The notes: generated by a model from the letters alone, not told the origin. A stretch of DNA of 64,000 nucleotides from Rhizobium sp. Q54 (GCA_945904955.1 CAMDPO010000001.1:28293-92292); one strand, 5' to 3'. Positions 22,162 to 34,963 are shown, counted from the first letter of the stretch. Made by a program: numbers and translations.

Positions 22162-23190
22162 TTACGCGTCCACCAGGATGTCGGTGTAGAGCTCCGACGG
22201 ATCGGGCTCCGGGCTCTGCTGGGCGAACTCGGCGGCGCCGGTGACGCGATCCTTGATCTCGCGGTCGATGGTCTTGAGCTCGCTCTCATCGACGCCGGCC
22301 TTGAGCAGGCGGTCGCGCACGTTGTCGATGGGATCGCGCTCGGTCTTGACCTTGTCGACCTCCTCGCGCGTCCGGTACTTGGCCGGGTCGGACATGGAAT
22401 GACCGCGGTAGCGATAGGTCATCATCTCCAAGATCATCGGGCCTTCGCTGCGTGCGTGCGCCACGGCATCGTCGGCGGCCGACTTCACCGTCAGCACGTC
22501 CATACCGTCGACCTGGCGGCCGGGGATGCCGAAGCTCTCGCCGCGCTTGGACAACTGCGTCTGCGCCGACGAGCGCGCGACCGAGGTCCCCATGGCGTAC
22601 TGGTTGTTCTCGATGATGAACAAGATGGGCAGCTTCCAGAGCTGCGCCATGTTGAACGATTCGGCGACCTGGCCCTGGTTGGCGGCGCCGTCACCGAAGT
22701 AGGCGAGCACGACGTTGCTGGTGTCGCGGTAGCGCTGCGCGAACGCCAGGCCCAAGCCGAGCGACGCCGGCGTGCCGACGATGCCGTGGCCGCCGAAGAA
22801 GTTCTTCTCGCGCGAGAACATGTGCATCGAGCCGCCCTTGCCGCGGCTGTAGCCACCGGTGCGCCCGGTGAGCTCGGCCATGACGCCCTTCGGATCCATG
22901 CCGGTCGCCAGCATGTGGCCGTGGTCGCGGTAGCTGGTGATGACCATGTCGTCCGGCGTGATGGCCGCCTGCATCCCCACGACGACCGCTTCCTGGCCGA
23001 TATAGAGATGGCAGAAGCCGCCGATCAGGCCCATGCCGTAAAGCTGGCCCGCCTTCTCCTCGAAGCGGCGGATCAGCAGCATGTCGCGGTAGTAGCGCAG
23101 CAGTTCGTCGCGGCTGTGCTGGGCACCGCCGCTGCCGCCGTTGGGTTTCGTGCTCTTGGTGGTCTTGGTGACCATGGAGGACCGCATCAT
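22162..23190 (-). CDS. pdhA: pyruvate dehydrogenase E1 alpha subunit
   Basis: TPP-binding motif region (GDGAANQG, YRYRGHSMSDP), directly upstream of pdhB. Confidence 0.9.
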   Translation of the reverse strand: MMRSSMVTKTTKSTKPNGGSGGAQHSRDELLRYYRDMLLIRRFEEKAGQLYGMGLIGGFCHLYIGQEAVVVGMQAAITPDDMVITSYRDHGHMLATGMDPKGVMAELTGRTGGYSRGKGGSMHMFSREKNFFGGHGIVGTPASLGLGLAFAQRYRDTSNVVLAYFGDGAANQGQVAESFNMAQLWKLPILFIIENNQYAMGTSVARSSAQTQLSKRGESFGIPGRQVDGMDVLTVKSAADDAVAHARSEGPMILEMMTYRYRGHSMSDPAKYRTREEVDKVKTERDPIDNVRDRLLKAGVDESELKTIDREIKDRVTGAAEFAQQSPEPDPSELYTDILVDA

Positions 23191-23296
23191 ACCGCCAACG
23201 CCGGGCGAAATGCGCGGCCCATACGGGTGCTAAGCGTCGCAGCCCGCAAGGAAATTGCCGCGAAGTCGGTGGAACGGAAACGAATCGCTGAAAGAG

Positions 23297-23605
23297 CTAG
23301 CGACCGAGAATGATGACTTCGTCCGGCCGGGCTAGCCCGAGCACGGCGCGCGCCCGCTCATCGAGCAGGTCGCGGTCGAGAGCTTCCTCGCGCAGCAGGG
23401 TGACGCGGCGCTCCAAGGTGGCGATGCGGGTGGCGTTGAGCGTCTGGCGCTTCTCGAGAGCTTCGAGCTGACCGGTGAGCTGGAACCACTCTTCGATGCC
23501 GCGATCGCCTTGGACGGCGTGGTAGCCGAAGTACGCGATGGCGGACGCGCCCAACAGGGTCGCGAGCGCCGTCCGGGATCGCTGCCTCAGCTCGAACAGA
23601 CCCAC
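23297..23605 (-). CDS. ftsB: septum formation initiator family protein (FtsB-like)
   Basis: 102 aa with an N-terminal TM segment plus coiled coil. It sits in the conserved eno-ftsB-pdhA position. Confidence 0.72.
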   Translation of the reverse strand: MGLFELRQRSRTALATLLGASAIAYFGYHAVQGDRGIEEWFQLTGQLEALEKRQTLNATRIATLERRVTLLREEALDRDLLDERARAVLGLARPDEVIILGR

Positions 23606-23627
23606 GCGTTCAGAGAATCATGTCGGG

Positions 23628-23730
23628 CGACAAAAAACAACGCCTGGATTGCTTCGCTTCGCTCGCAATGACCACTGTCATTGCGAGGAGCGCAGCGACG
23701 AAGCAATCCAGACGTTGTTCCTTTTTGTCG
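23628..23730. repeat. near-perfect 103-bp palindromic element (DCFASLAMT-type alphaproteobacterial repeat)
   Basis: The outer arm cgacaaaaaacaacgcctggattgcttcg and the inner arm gcttcgctcgcaatgac are both mirrored around a cactg centre. Spurious ORFs translate it as LDCFASLAMT. Confidence 0.7.
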
Positions 23731-23749
23731 GTGGTCCGCTCACCACTCC

Positions 23750-23822
23750 TCACCCTGAGCTTGTCGAAGGGTGAGTGTGCTGAGCCGGCGGTGCAGCCTC
23801 ATGCTTCGACAAGCTCAGCATA
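23750..23822. repeat. REP-like hairpin element (CTGAGCTTGTCGAAG arms), same family as 4876-4960
   Basis: ccctgagcttgtcgaaggg ... catgcttcgacaagctcagcatg inverted repeat with a loop of about 27 nt. Confidence 0.6.
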
Positions 23823-23836
23823 AGGTTTGGCCGTCC

Positions 23837-25159
<1,323 letters not shown>

Positions 25160-26025
25160 CTACGCGACGGTGCGGGCCTTGGTGATTCGGTCGAGTGCGA
25201 TAACGGTTTCGAGCAATTCCGGCAAGTCCGACAAGCGCACCATGTTGGGTCCGTCACTCGGCGCGTTGTCGGGATCCTGGTGGGTTTCCATGAAGATGGC
25301 GGCGCAGCCGACTGCTGCGGCGGCCCGGGCCAGCACCGGCACATACTTGCGCTCGCCGCCGGTGCGATCCCCTAGCCCGCCCGGCTGCTGCACCGAATGG
25401 GTGGCGTCGAAGACGACCGGATAGCCGGTCTCGGCCATGGCCGGCAGGGCGCGGAAGTCGGACACCAGGGTGTTGTAGCCGAACGAAGCGCCACGCTCGG
25501 TAAGGAGGATCTTGTCGTTGCCGGTGCTCGCCACCTTGGCGGCGACGTTCTTCATGTCCCAGGGCGCGAGGAACTGGCCCTTCTTCACGTTGATGACGGC
25601 GCCGGTCTTGCCCGCGGCGATGAGCAGGTCGGTCTGGCGGCACAGGAACGCCGGGATCTGCAACACATCGACGACCTTCGCGACCGGTGCGCACTGGTCC
25701 GCGTCGTGTACGTCGGTAAGCACCGGACAACCAAACTTCGCCTTCACCTCGGCGAACACCTCGAGCGCAGCGTCGAGACCGACACCCCGGAAGGCGTCGC
25801 TCTTGGTGCGGTTCGCCTTGTCGAACGACGTCTTGTAGATGAGGCCGATGCCGAGCTTCTTGGTGATCTCGCTGAGCGCGCTCGCCATCTCCATCGCGTG
25901 CGCGCGGCTCTCCATCGCGCACGGCCCGGCGATCAGCGCGAGCGGCCGATCGTTGGCAATCGACACGTTGCCCACCTGAACGGTGCGCGGACGCGTTCCG
26001 CCGAGCTTGGTGCGATCGGAAGCCA

Positions 26026-26026
<1 letters not shown>
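25160..26026 (-). CDS. kdsA: 3-deoxy-8-phosphooctulonate synthase
   Basis: 288 aa starting at MASDRTKLGG. The ATG overlaps the pyrG stop (TAATG). KDO8P synthase motifs are present (GPCAMES, KTSFDKANR, DATHSVQ). Confidence 0.9.
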
Positions 26027-27705
<1,679 letters not shown>

Positions 27706-27740
27706 CTAGTTAGAACCGCACACTCGACGCGGTGCGCAGG

Positions 27741-28238
27741 CTACTTACCGAACGGAACCGCGGGCGCGCCTGGTGCGGCCGGAGCCGGATTGAACGGAAC
27801 AATGGGGTTCTGGTTGGCGGGCGCCGGCTGCGGCGCCGGCTGGAATCCGGCCGGGCCCTCGGGCGTATTGGCGCCAGGAATCGGTGTCGCCGTGGGGGCC
27901 GGGACCACCGGTGCGGGAGCACCGAAATTGGGCGTCGGCGCCTGCATGGGCACGTTGATGGGCGGCAGCTCGGGCGCCCGATCGAGGACGGAGCCACGCT
28001 GGCTGCCACCGCTGAGCACCGCGAGCAGAATGCTGGTGGCCATGAAGGAACCGGCGAGGATCGCCGTGGTGCGCGTCAGCAAGTTGGCCGTGGTGCGGCC
28101 GCTCATCAGGCCGAGGCCGCCACTGGCGCCGCCGCCGCCACCCATGCCAAGGCCGCCGCCCTCACTGCGCTGCAGCAGGACGACGCCGCACAACGCGATC
28201 GCCAACATAACGTGGATGACCAGGACGATCGTTTGCAT
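27741..28238 (-). CDS. secG: preprotein translocase subunit SecG with extended Pro/Ala-rich C-terminus
   Basis: N-terminal 75 aa match SecG (two TM segments, Gly-rich loop), followed by a low-complexity PAPxxP tail of about 90 aa. Confidence 0.8.
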   Translation of the reverse strand: MQTIVLVIHVMLAIALCGVVLLQRSEGGGLGMGGGGGASGGLGLMSGRTTANLLTRTTAILAGSFMATSILLAVLSGGSQRGSVLDRAPELPPINVPMQAPTPNFGAPAPVVPAPTATPIPGANTPEGPAGFQPAPQPAPANQNPIVPFNPAPAAPGAPAVPFGK

Positions 28239-28325
28239 CGCGACTCAGCTGAAGGAAGGAACGGCGGCCCGAATACGGATCACTGGGGGCCGCGGGCGGG
28301 CTTATACCACAGCAAGTTGGGATGA

Positions 28326-29231
28326 CTAGTCGGCGGCTTCAAGTTGCGGACCCCTCCTCCGCTCCTTGGGCGGTGAGATTTTCAGCCGCACCCACCCGAC
28401 CAGGGTCACGCCCAGGCCGAGGGCCAAGATTACCCACGCGGGACGGATGCCTGATTCGAGAGAGAAATTGGCGCCCAGCACCGCCGATACCGGGATGCGG
28501 CCCGCCGAGCTGATCCCGTAGAACGCGGCCTCTGCCGCCATGGTCAGGATCGCAGCGCCGACCGAAAGAATCACCAGCCAGGGCGTGGGCATGGTGCCGC
28601 GCCACGCGTACAGCAGCCGGTACGCCAACAGCCAGATCAGGAGGCCGGCGAGAATCTGCGCTTCGGGCGTCTGCAGCTTCGCCAGCAGCAGGTAGAAGTG
28701 CAGCATCGCCAGGATGCCGACGGCGTAGACCAGCTGGTGCAGGCGGCGCCAGCGGGCGCCACCAAGGCGCTTCACCATCATGTCTGTCGAGGTGACGGTG
28801 AGCGGCACCATCGCCAGCACGGCGAGCGTGCCGACCAGCAAGTACAGGCGCAGCACGATCTCGGAGCCGATGCGGCCAAGGTCGTAGGCCATGTACGGCA
28901 CGTAGATCCACAAGTGCACGGCCGAATAGACGAACGCGGCGATGCCGATCATGCGGCGCAGGGTGACGAGCTTCGGCCACTGCAGGGTGCGCCGCAGCGG
29001 CGTGACGGCAAGCGTCAGCACGATGAAGCGGATGCCCCACAGGCCGGTCTCGTTGAGCAGTGCCTTGAGCGGAAAGCCGCCGAGGTTGTCCGTCGTGTAC
29101 GCCCAACCGAGCCAGACGCCCGGCGCCGCCAGCAACGCAAAGGTCGCGGCCTTGAGCGGCGCGAACGTGCCAGCCTTGTCGGTGAACGGCGCCAGCGCGC
29201 GCCGTCGCACCTCCGCGGCCGTCAGCGCCAC
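28326..29231 (-). CDS. ferric-reductase-like transmembrane domain protein (MsrQ/YedZ-like heme-binding membrane subunit)
   Basis: Six predicted TM helices with the conserved His pattern of the ferric reductase TM domain (SAVHLWIY, QLVYAVGILAMLHFYLL) and an RRxLG motif. Confidence 0.55.
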   Translation of the reverse strand: MALTAAEVRRRALAPFTDKAGTFAPLKAATFALLAAPGVWLGWAYTTDNLGGFPLKALLNETGLWGIRFIVLTLAVTPLRRTLQWPKLVTLRRMIGIAAFVYSAVHLWIYVPYMAYDLGRIGSEIVLRLYLLVGTLAVLAMVPLTVTSTDMMVKRLGGARWRRLHQLVYAVGILAMLHFYLLLAKLQTPEAQILAGLLIWLLAYRLLYAWRGTMPTPWLVILSVGAAILTMAAEAAFYGISSAGRIPVSAVLGANFSLESGIRPAWVILALGLGVTLVGWVRLKISPPKERRRGPQLEAAD

Positions 29232-29236
29232 GCTGC

Positions 29237-30037
29237 CTACGCCTTGACGCGAACGGGAGCGCTCACCTCGGAGGGCTTGGGCACCGCCTCGATGATCTGC
29301 CAGAAGGTATCGGCCTTGAGGCTCGCGCCCCCCACGAGCGCGCCGTTGACGTGCGGCACGCGCAGGATCTCGTTGGCGTTCTTCTCGTTCACCGAGCCGC
29401 CATACAGGATGCGGATGGCGTAGCCGTCGTAGTCGAACATCTCAAACAGCAGGTCGCGGATGTGCTGATGCACCTCGGCGATCTCGGCGTTGGTCGGCGT
29501 GCGGCCGGTGCCGATGGCCCATACCGGCTCGTAGGCGATGACGGCATTGGCCGAGCCGCTGCCTTCGGGCACCGACTCCTGCAGCTGCTTGGTGACGACC
29601 TCGAGGGTCTTGCCGGCGTTGCGCTCGGCCTCGGTCTCGCCGATGCAGATGATCGCCGTCATGCGCGTCCTCTGCACCGATTCGGCCTTGGCGTGGACGA
29701 CTTGGTTGGTCTCGCCGTGGTCGCGGCGGCGCTCGGAGTGCCCGACGATACAGCAGGCGCAGCCCAGGTTGGCGATCATCTCGGCAGAGATGTCGCCGGT
29801 GTGGGCGCCGGTTTGCAGCGGGCTGCAATCCTGGGCGCCGACGCGCAAGGGAGTCGCCGACAGGAAGGCGCAGATCGAGCCGGTCAGCGTGAGCGGCGGA
29901 CAGATGGCGACGTCGACCGACGGGCCGACGCGGCCCAACATCTTTTCGGCGATGTCGTTGGCCAAGGCGTGGCCGTCGTTGTGGAAGAGGTTCATCTTCC
30001 AGTTGCCGGCGATCATTGGAATCGGTGCGTTCGCCAT
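29237..30037 (-). CDS. tpiA: triose-phosphate isomerase
   Basis: Motifs IAGNWKMN, catalytic His (IVGHSERR), catalytic Glu (AYEPVWAIGTG) and loop YGGS. Confidence 0.9.
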   Translation of the reverse strand: MANAPIPMIAGNWKMNLFHNDGHALANDIAEKMLGRVGPSVDVAICPPLTLTGSICAFLSATPLRVGAQDCSPLQTGAHTGDISAEMIANLGCACCIVGHSERRRDHGETNQVVHAKAESVQRTRMTAIICIGETEAERNAGKTLEVVTKQLQESVPEGSGSANAVIAYEPVWAIGTGRTPTNAEIAEVHQHIRDLLFEMFDYDGYAIRILYGGSVNEKNANEILRVPHVNGALVGGASLKADTFWQIIEAVPKPSEVSAPVRVKA

Positions 30038-30073
30038 CCGCCTGCTAGCTCCCCGCTCTTTGGCCGCTCGTGC

Positions 30074-31168
30074 CTAGTCCCTTACGTTGGGTACGACCGC
30101 ACCGCCCGCCACCTGCTTATTGCGGATTTCCTGGGCCGTCTTTTCGATGGCCAAGAACCGCAGCGCGGTGGAGGGATGCGTGCCGCCCCGGAGATGAATA
30201 GCACCCGGGTCGAGCACTGCGAAGCGCCGGATCACGTCGGCAGCGTTCTTGACGTTGTAGCCGGCGCGGGCCGCGTAGTAGGTGCCGACGTAGTCAGCCT
30301 CGGATTCGTATTCCTGGCTGTTGGCGCGCGCGCCGTAGGTGGCGCCCTGCACGGCGAGGCCAAGGCCGACCATGGCCCCCAGCGGTCCAGCAGCCAGCAG
30401 AGCCCCACTCGCCCCGATCAGGCCGCCGGTGACGGCGTTCTGGGTGGCGGAGTCGCGATGCCCGAGCACGTTGTGAGCGAGTTCGTGGCCGACGATCAGA
30501 GCGAGCTCGTCCGGTGTCCTGACGAAGCGCAGCAGGCCGGTGGTCACCTCGACCTTGGAGCCGTCCGCGAACGCGTTGATGCGCTCCGAGCGGCGCAGGG
30601 CGAAGCCGTAGTCGCATGCGCGCTCAGGAGTGACCGCGAGCGACAGCTTCTCCGTGCCCCGTTTCACCGTGATGGCGACGGGACCGGCCCCGGCGGCGGC
30701 GCCAAACGCTGCCATCATTTCGGTCTGGCCGCGCACGCCGTTGCCGATATCCTGGCCGGCAACGGCCAGGATACGGTCGCCGACGGCGAGGCCGGCGTCG
30801 GTTGCCGGGCTGTTCGGGATGACCGAGAAGACCCAAGGCTGATCGTCCACGTCGTTGGCGCCCTCGACGTTGCCGAACACCTTGCGCGCCGCGACGCGCT
30901 GGACGGACGGAAAGCCGCCGGCATTGGTCGCCAGCATGCCGGTGTAGAGCGGGCCGGCCTTCGGGCAGCTGTCGGCGTTGGCCCGGGCCAACTCGGCGAA
31001 CACCGTACTGGCGAGCACCAGCTGGTCGCGATAGTCGGTAAGGAAGATCTCGTGCTGCTTCTCGACCTCGGCAATCGCCAGCCGGTTGTCGACATCCGGC
31101 AGCAAGGCGGTGCGCCCCGCACACGCCGTGAGAAGAACGCACGCCAAGATACTGAACGTACTACGCAT
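30074..31168 (-). CDS. M48-family Zn metallopeptidase lipoprotein with PDZ domain
   Basis: Start taken at MRSTFSILACVLLTAC (lipobox LTAC). HEXXH (HELAHNVLGH) plus a downstream Glu (EYESEAD), with an internal PDZ-like segment. Confidence 0.7.
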   Translation of the reverse strand: MRSTFSILACVLLTACAGRTALLPDVDNRLAIAEVEKQHEIFLTDYRDQLVLASTVFAELARANADSCPKAGPLYTGMLATNAGGFPSVQRVAARKVFGNVEGANDVDDQPWVFSVIPNSPATDAGLAVGDRILAVAGQDIGNGVRGQTEMMAAFGAAAGAGPVAITVKRGTEKLSLAVTPERACDYGFALRRSERINAFADGSKVEVTTGLLRFVRTPDELALIVGHELAHNVLGHRDSATQNAVTGGLIGASGALLAAGPLGAMVGLGLAVQGATYGARANSQEYESEADYVGTYYAARAGYNVKNAADVIRRFAVLDPGAIHLRGGTHPSTALRFLAIEKTAQEIRNKQVAGGAVVPNVRD

Positions 31169-31476
31169 ATACCCCGTCCCTGAGTGGCTCATAGTGCCGC
31201 CAACTCGGATTCCGATAATTCGTGGGCGACCCCCGCCGCCCGGCACGAATTCCGGCAATTTTTCTGGTACCCGAGAATTCTACCTCCGTCGAGGGACCAA
31301 GGCTCCCCCTTCCGCGCCCTTGACAGGCGTCGGGCCCGGCAACGGCGGCCGGAACACGCCTCGCAAAGGCATTGACAACCAAGGCAATAGGACGCACTTC
31401 CGCCTCTCGAATCGCCGGTCAAATCTTCCTCTAAACTCTTCGGCGCCCTTTCAAATCCTCCGGTCCGCACCCCTCC

Positions 31477-33423
31477 ATGCTTGCAGCCCTTCGTAGCGCG
31501 ACACAGTCCTGGATCGTCCGCGGTTTCCTCTTGGTGATCGCGTCGACGTTCGCGCTCTATTTCGGCTCCGGCGCGAGCATGTTCGCGAGCCTCGCCAACC
31601 AGCCGGTGGCACAGGTTGGCAAGATCGAGATCTCCCAGACCGAGTTCGCCGAGGCCTATCGCCAGCGCTTCCTCGACCTCTCCGGCCAGCTGACGCCGGA
31701 CCAGGCGCGCCAGTTCGGCCTACCGTTCAGCGTGCTGTCCGAGCTGGTCGGCGGCGCCCTTATCGACAACGCGGCGCGCTCCCTCGGCATCGCGGCGTCG
31801 GACGCGCTGCTGGCAGCCGATATCCGTGCCCAGGTCGGCGCGATCTCGCAGTCGATGTACCAGAGCATGTTGCGCCAGCAGGGCCTGACGGTTCCGGAGT
31901 TCGAGCGCCTGGTGCGGCGCGACCTCGTGCGCGCGCAGCTGAGCGCCGCGGTGGCCCCACAGCCGAGCGTGCCGCGGCTGCTTGCCGATACGCTCTACAA
32001 GTACCGCCAACAGCGGCGCATCGTGGAGTACGTGATCATTCCGGCGGCGGACGCCACCGACATCGGCACGGCCGACGACGCCGCGCTGGTCGAGTACTAC
32101 ACGACGAACGGACGCCGCTACACGGCGCCAGAGTTCCGCGAAGTGGTGTGGGTCGCGCTGCGGCCCGAGGACGTGGCTGCAACCGTGCAGGTCGGCGAAG
32201 CCGCCGTCGCCGAGGAGTACGCGGCGCGGCGCCAGGAATTCACCACGCCCGACACGCGCGGCCTCTCCCAGCTGTTCTTCAACACCGAAGCCGAGGCGAT
32301 CGCGGCACGCCAGCGCATCGACCAGGGGGTTCCCTTTGCCGAAGCAGGGCGCCCGCCCGCCGCAACCCCTGCCCCTGCCGCTCCGGCGGGAGGCGCCCCT
32401 GCTGCGGCGATACCTGCCGCCGACACAACCAGCCTCGGTACCGTGCGGCGCGAGGAACTCGCCGCGGACATCGCCGAGCCGGTGTTCGCCCTCGAGGAAG
32501 GCGCCGTCAGCCAGCCGCTGAGGAGCGTGTTCGGCTGGCACGTCTACAAGGTCAACTCGGTGCAGCGCGGCGGCACCAAGGCGCTCGCCGAGGTGCAGGA
32601 ACAGCTGCGCGCGGAGTTGGCGCGCGAGCAGGCGCTGGCCGAGCTCTACTCCCTGTCCGTGACCCTCGACGACGCGCTGGCCGCCGGCGCAACTCTGGAA
32701 GTTGCCGCGCAGCGCGTCGGCCTGACCGCATTCAAGGAGACCATCGACATCCAGGGCCGCAACCGCGGCGCTCAGGCGATCCTCAACCTGCCGCCCTTCG
32801 CGCAGTTCCTGCCGTTGGCGTTCCGCACCGAGAAGGGCCGCGAGTCGCGCCTGATCGATGCGCCGGAAGGCGGCTACTTCGTGCTGCGCATCGACGACAT
32901 CCTCGCGCCGGCGCCGCTGCCGCTCGACACCATCAAGGAGCGCGTCCAGGCCGACTGGTTCAACGAGCAGCGCGGCAAGCGCACCGAAGCCGCCGCCCAG
33001 GTCTTTCTCGACAAGGCCAAGACCAACGGCGACATCGTTGCTTACGCGACCGAGGCCGGGCTGAAGGCCGAAACGACGCCGCCGTTCACGCGCAGCGGCC
33101 TCGGTCTCGACGCCGCCAACACGCTATCGCCGGCGCTCGTCGGCCAGATGTTCACCGCCAGTGTCGGCGACTTCGGGCTGGCGCCCATCTTCGGTGGATA
33201 CTCTGTGGCGCGTCTCAAGGAGATCGTCGCCGTCGAACCAGCCGAGGCGCTGGAGGCTGTCGCGACGATCCGCGGCGAGCTCGGGCGCAACATGTCGAAC
33301 GACATTCTGTCGGCGTACCAAACCGCGCTGCGCGAGGAATACGGCATCGAGATCAACGAGCGCGCGCTCGATCAGGCCCTCACGGTCGCGACCCAGGGCC
33401 TGGCCACGATCCCGGCGCGCTAG
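31477..33423 (+). CDS. ppiD: periplasmic chaperone / peptidyl-prolyl isomerase PpiD-like
   Basis: N-terminal TM anchor, SurA-N-like chaperone region and a parvulin-like segment, about 648 aa. It is immediately upstream of trpE, as in many alphaproteobacteria. Confidence 0.75.
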   Translation: MLAALRSATQSWIVRGFLLVIASTFALYFGSGASMFASLANQPVAQVGKIEISQTEFAEAYRQRFLDLSGQLTPDQARQFGLPFSVLSELVGGALIDNAARSLGIAASDALLAADIRAQVGAISQSMYQSMLRQQGLTVPEFERLVRRDLVRAQLSAAVAPQPSVPRLLADTLYKYRQQRRIVEYVIIPAADATDIGTADDAALVEYYTTNGRRYTAPEFREVVWVALRPEDVAATVQVGEAAVAEEYAARRQEFTTPDTRGLSQLFFNTEAEAIAARQRIDQGVPFAEAGRPPAATPAPAAPAGGAPAAAIPAADTTSLGTVRREELAADIAEPVFALEEGAVSQPLRSVFGWHVYKVNSVQRGGTKALAEVQEQLRAELAREQALAELYSLSVTLDDALAAGATLEVAAQRVGLTAFKETIDIQGRNRGAQAILNLPPFAQFLPLAFRTEKGRESRLIDAPEGGYFVLRIDDILAPAPLPLDTIKERVQADWFNEQRGKRTEAAAQVFLDKAKTNGDIVAYATEAGLKAETTPPFTRSGLGLDAANTLSPALVGQMFTASVGDFGLAPIFGGYSVARLKEIVAVEPAEALEAVATIRGELGRNMSNDILSAYQTALREEYGIEINERALDQALTVATQGLATIPAR

Positions 33424-33428
33424 CTTCC

Positions 33429-34943
33429 ATGGCGCTGCATCCGGCAACGACCGCGTTCACGAAGAACTATGACCTGGGCAAACCCCAGGTGGTGTGGACC
33501 GACCTCGTCGCCGACATGGAGACGCCCGTCTCCACGATGCTCAAGCTCGCCAAGGGCACGCCGAACTCCTTCCTGCTGGAATCGGTAGAACGCGGCGCCA
33601 ACCGCGGCCGCTACTCCATCGTCGGGCTGCGGCCCGACGTCGTGTGGCGCTGCAAGGGCGAGCGCGCCGAGATCGCGCGCAACGCCGACCGCGGCGATGT
33701 CCGCTTCGTGCCGTCGCCGGAGAGCGCCCTCGCCTCCCTGCGTTCGCTGGTGCGCGAATCGCGCATCGAGCTGCCCGCCGAGTTGCCGCCGATGGCGTCG
33801 GCCCTGGTCGGCTACGCCGGCTACGACATGGTGCGCCTGGTCGAGCGCATCCCAAACAAGAACCCCGACGTGCTCGGCGTACCGGACGGCATGTTCGTGC
33901 GGCCGACCGTGATGGCAATCTTCGACTCGGTGAAGGATGTCGTCACCATCGTCACGCCGGTGTGGCCCCAGAAGGACGTCACCGCGGCCCAGGCGCTGTC
34001 GCGTGCAACGGAACGGCTCGAGCGCGCCATGGGCGACCTCGAGAAGCCGCTCGGCCCGAGCACGGCGACCGCCGACGTCTCGGCGTTGCCGGAGCCGACG
34101 TCCAACCGCACGCGCGCGCAGTATCACGCGATGGTGGCCAAGGCGAAGGAGTACATCGCGGCCGGCGACATCTTCCAGGTCGTGCCGTCCCAGCGCATGA
34201 AGGTGCCCTTCACGCTGCCGCCCTTCGCGCTCTATCGCGCCCTGCGCCGCACCAACCCCTCGCCGTTCATGTTCTTCCTCGATTTCGACGGCTTTGCCGT
34301 CGTCGGCTCGAGCCCCGAAGTGCTGGTGCGCCTGCGCAACGACACGGTGTCGATCCGGCCGATCGCCGGCACGCGCCCGCGCGGCGACACCCACGCCGAG
34401 GACGAGCGCCTGGCCGAGGAAATGCTCGCCGATCCCAAGGAGCGCGCCGAGCATCTCATGCTCCTCGACCTCGGCCGCAACGACGTCGGCCGCGTCGCCC
34501 GCATCGGTACGGTCAAGGTCACCGACCAGATGATCGTCGAGCGCTACTCCCACGTCATGCACATCGTCTCGAACGTCGAGGGCAAGATCGACCCGCAGCA
34601 CGACGCGATGGACGCGCTGCTCGCCGGCTTCCCGGCCGGCACTGTCTCCGGCGCACCCAAGGTGCGCGCCATGGAGATCATCGACGAGCTCGAGAGCGAA
34701 CGCCGCGGCATCTATGCGGGCGCGGTCGGCTACCTCTCCGCCAACGGCAGCATGGACACCTGCATCGCGCTGCGCACCGCCGTGGTGAAGGACGGCACGA
34801 TGTATGTGCAGGCCGGCGGCGGCGTCGTCGCCGACTCGGACGCTGAGGCGGAATACCAAGAGAGCCGCAACAAGGCCAAGGCCCTCCTGCGCGCCGCCGA
34901 AGAAGCCGTGCGCTTCGCCACCAGCAGCGACAAGTCGCTGTAG
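33429..34943 (+). CDS. trpE: anthranilate synthase component I
   Basis: 504 aa, chorismate-binding domain motifs (LESVERG, GAVGYLS, GGGVVADS) and an N-terminal Trp feedback region (LLES). Confidence 0.9.
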   Translation: MALHPATTAFTKNYDLGKPQVVWTDLVADMETPVSTMLKLAKGTPNSFLLESVERGANRGRYSIVGLRPDVVWRCKGERAEIARNADRGDVRFVPSPESALASLRSLVRESRIELPAELPPMASALVGYAGYDMVRLVERIPNKNPDVLGVPDGMFVRPTVMAIFDSVKDVVTIVTPVWPQKDVTAAQALSRATERLERAMGDLEKPLGPSTATADVSALPEPTSNRTRAQYHAMVAKAKEYIAAGDIFQVVPSQRMKVPFTLPPFALYRALRRTNPSPFMFFLDFDGFAVVGSSPEVLVRLRNDTVSIRPIAGTRPRGDTHAEDERLAEEMLADPKERAEHLMLLDLGRNDVGRVARIGTVKVTDQMIVERYSHVMHIVSNVEGKIDPQHDAMDALLAGFPAGTVSGAPKVRAMEIIDELESERRGIYAGAVGYLSANGSMDTCIALRTAVVKDGTMYVQAGGGVVADSDAEAEYQESRNKAKALLRAAEEAVRFATSSDKSL

Positions 34944-34963
34944 GGCATTTCACCGATCGTGCA

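Noticed and set aside
20827-23313. 828-aa plus-strand ORF
   Set aside because: It is antisense to pdhB/pdhA, which have unambiguous motifs on the minus strand, and its composition is R/A/G/D-rich. Spurious.
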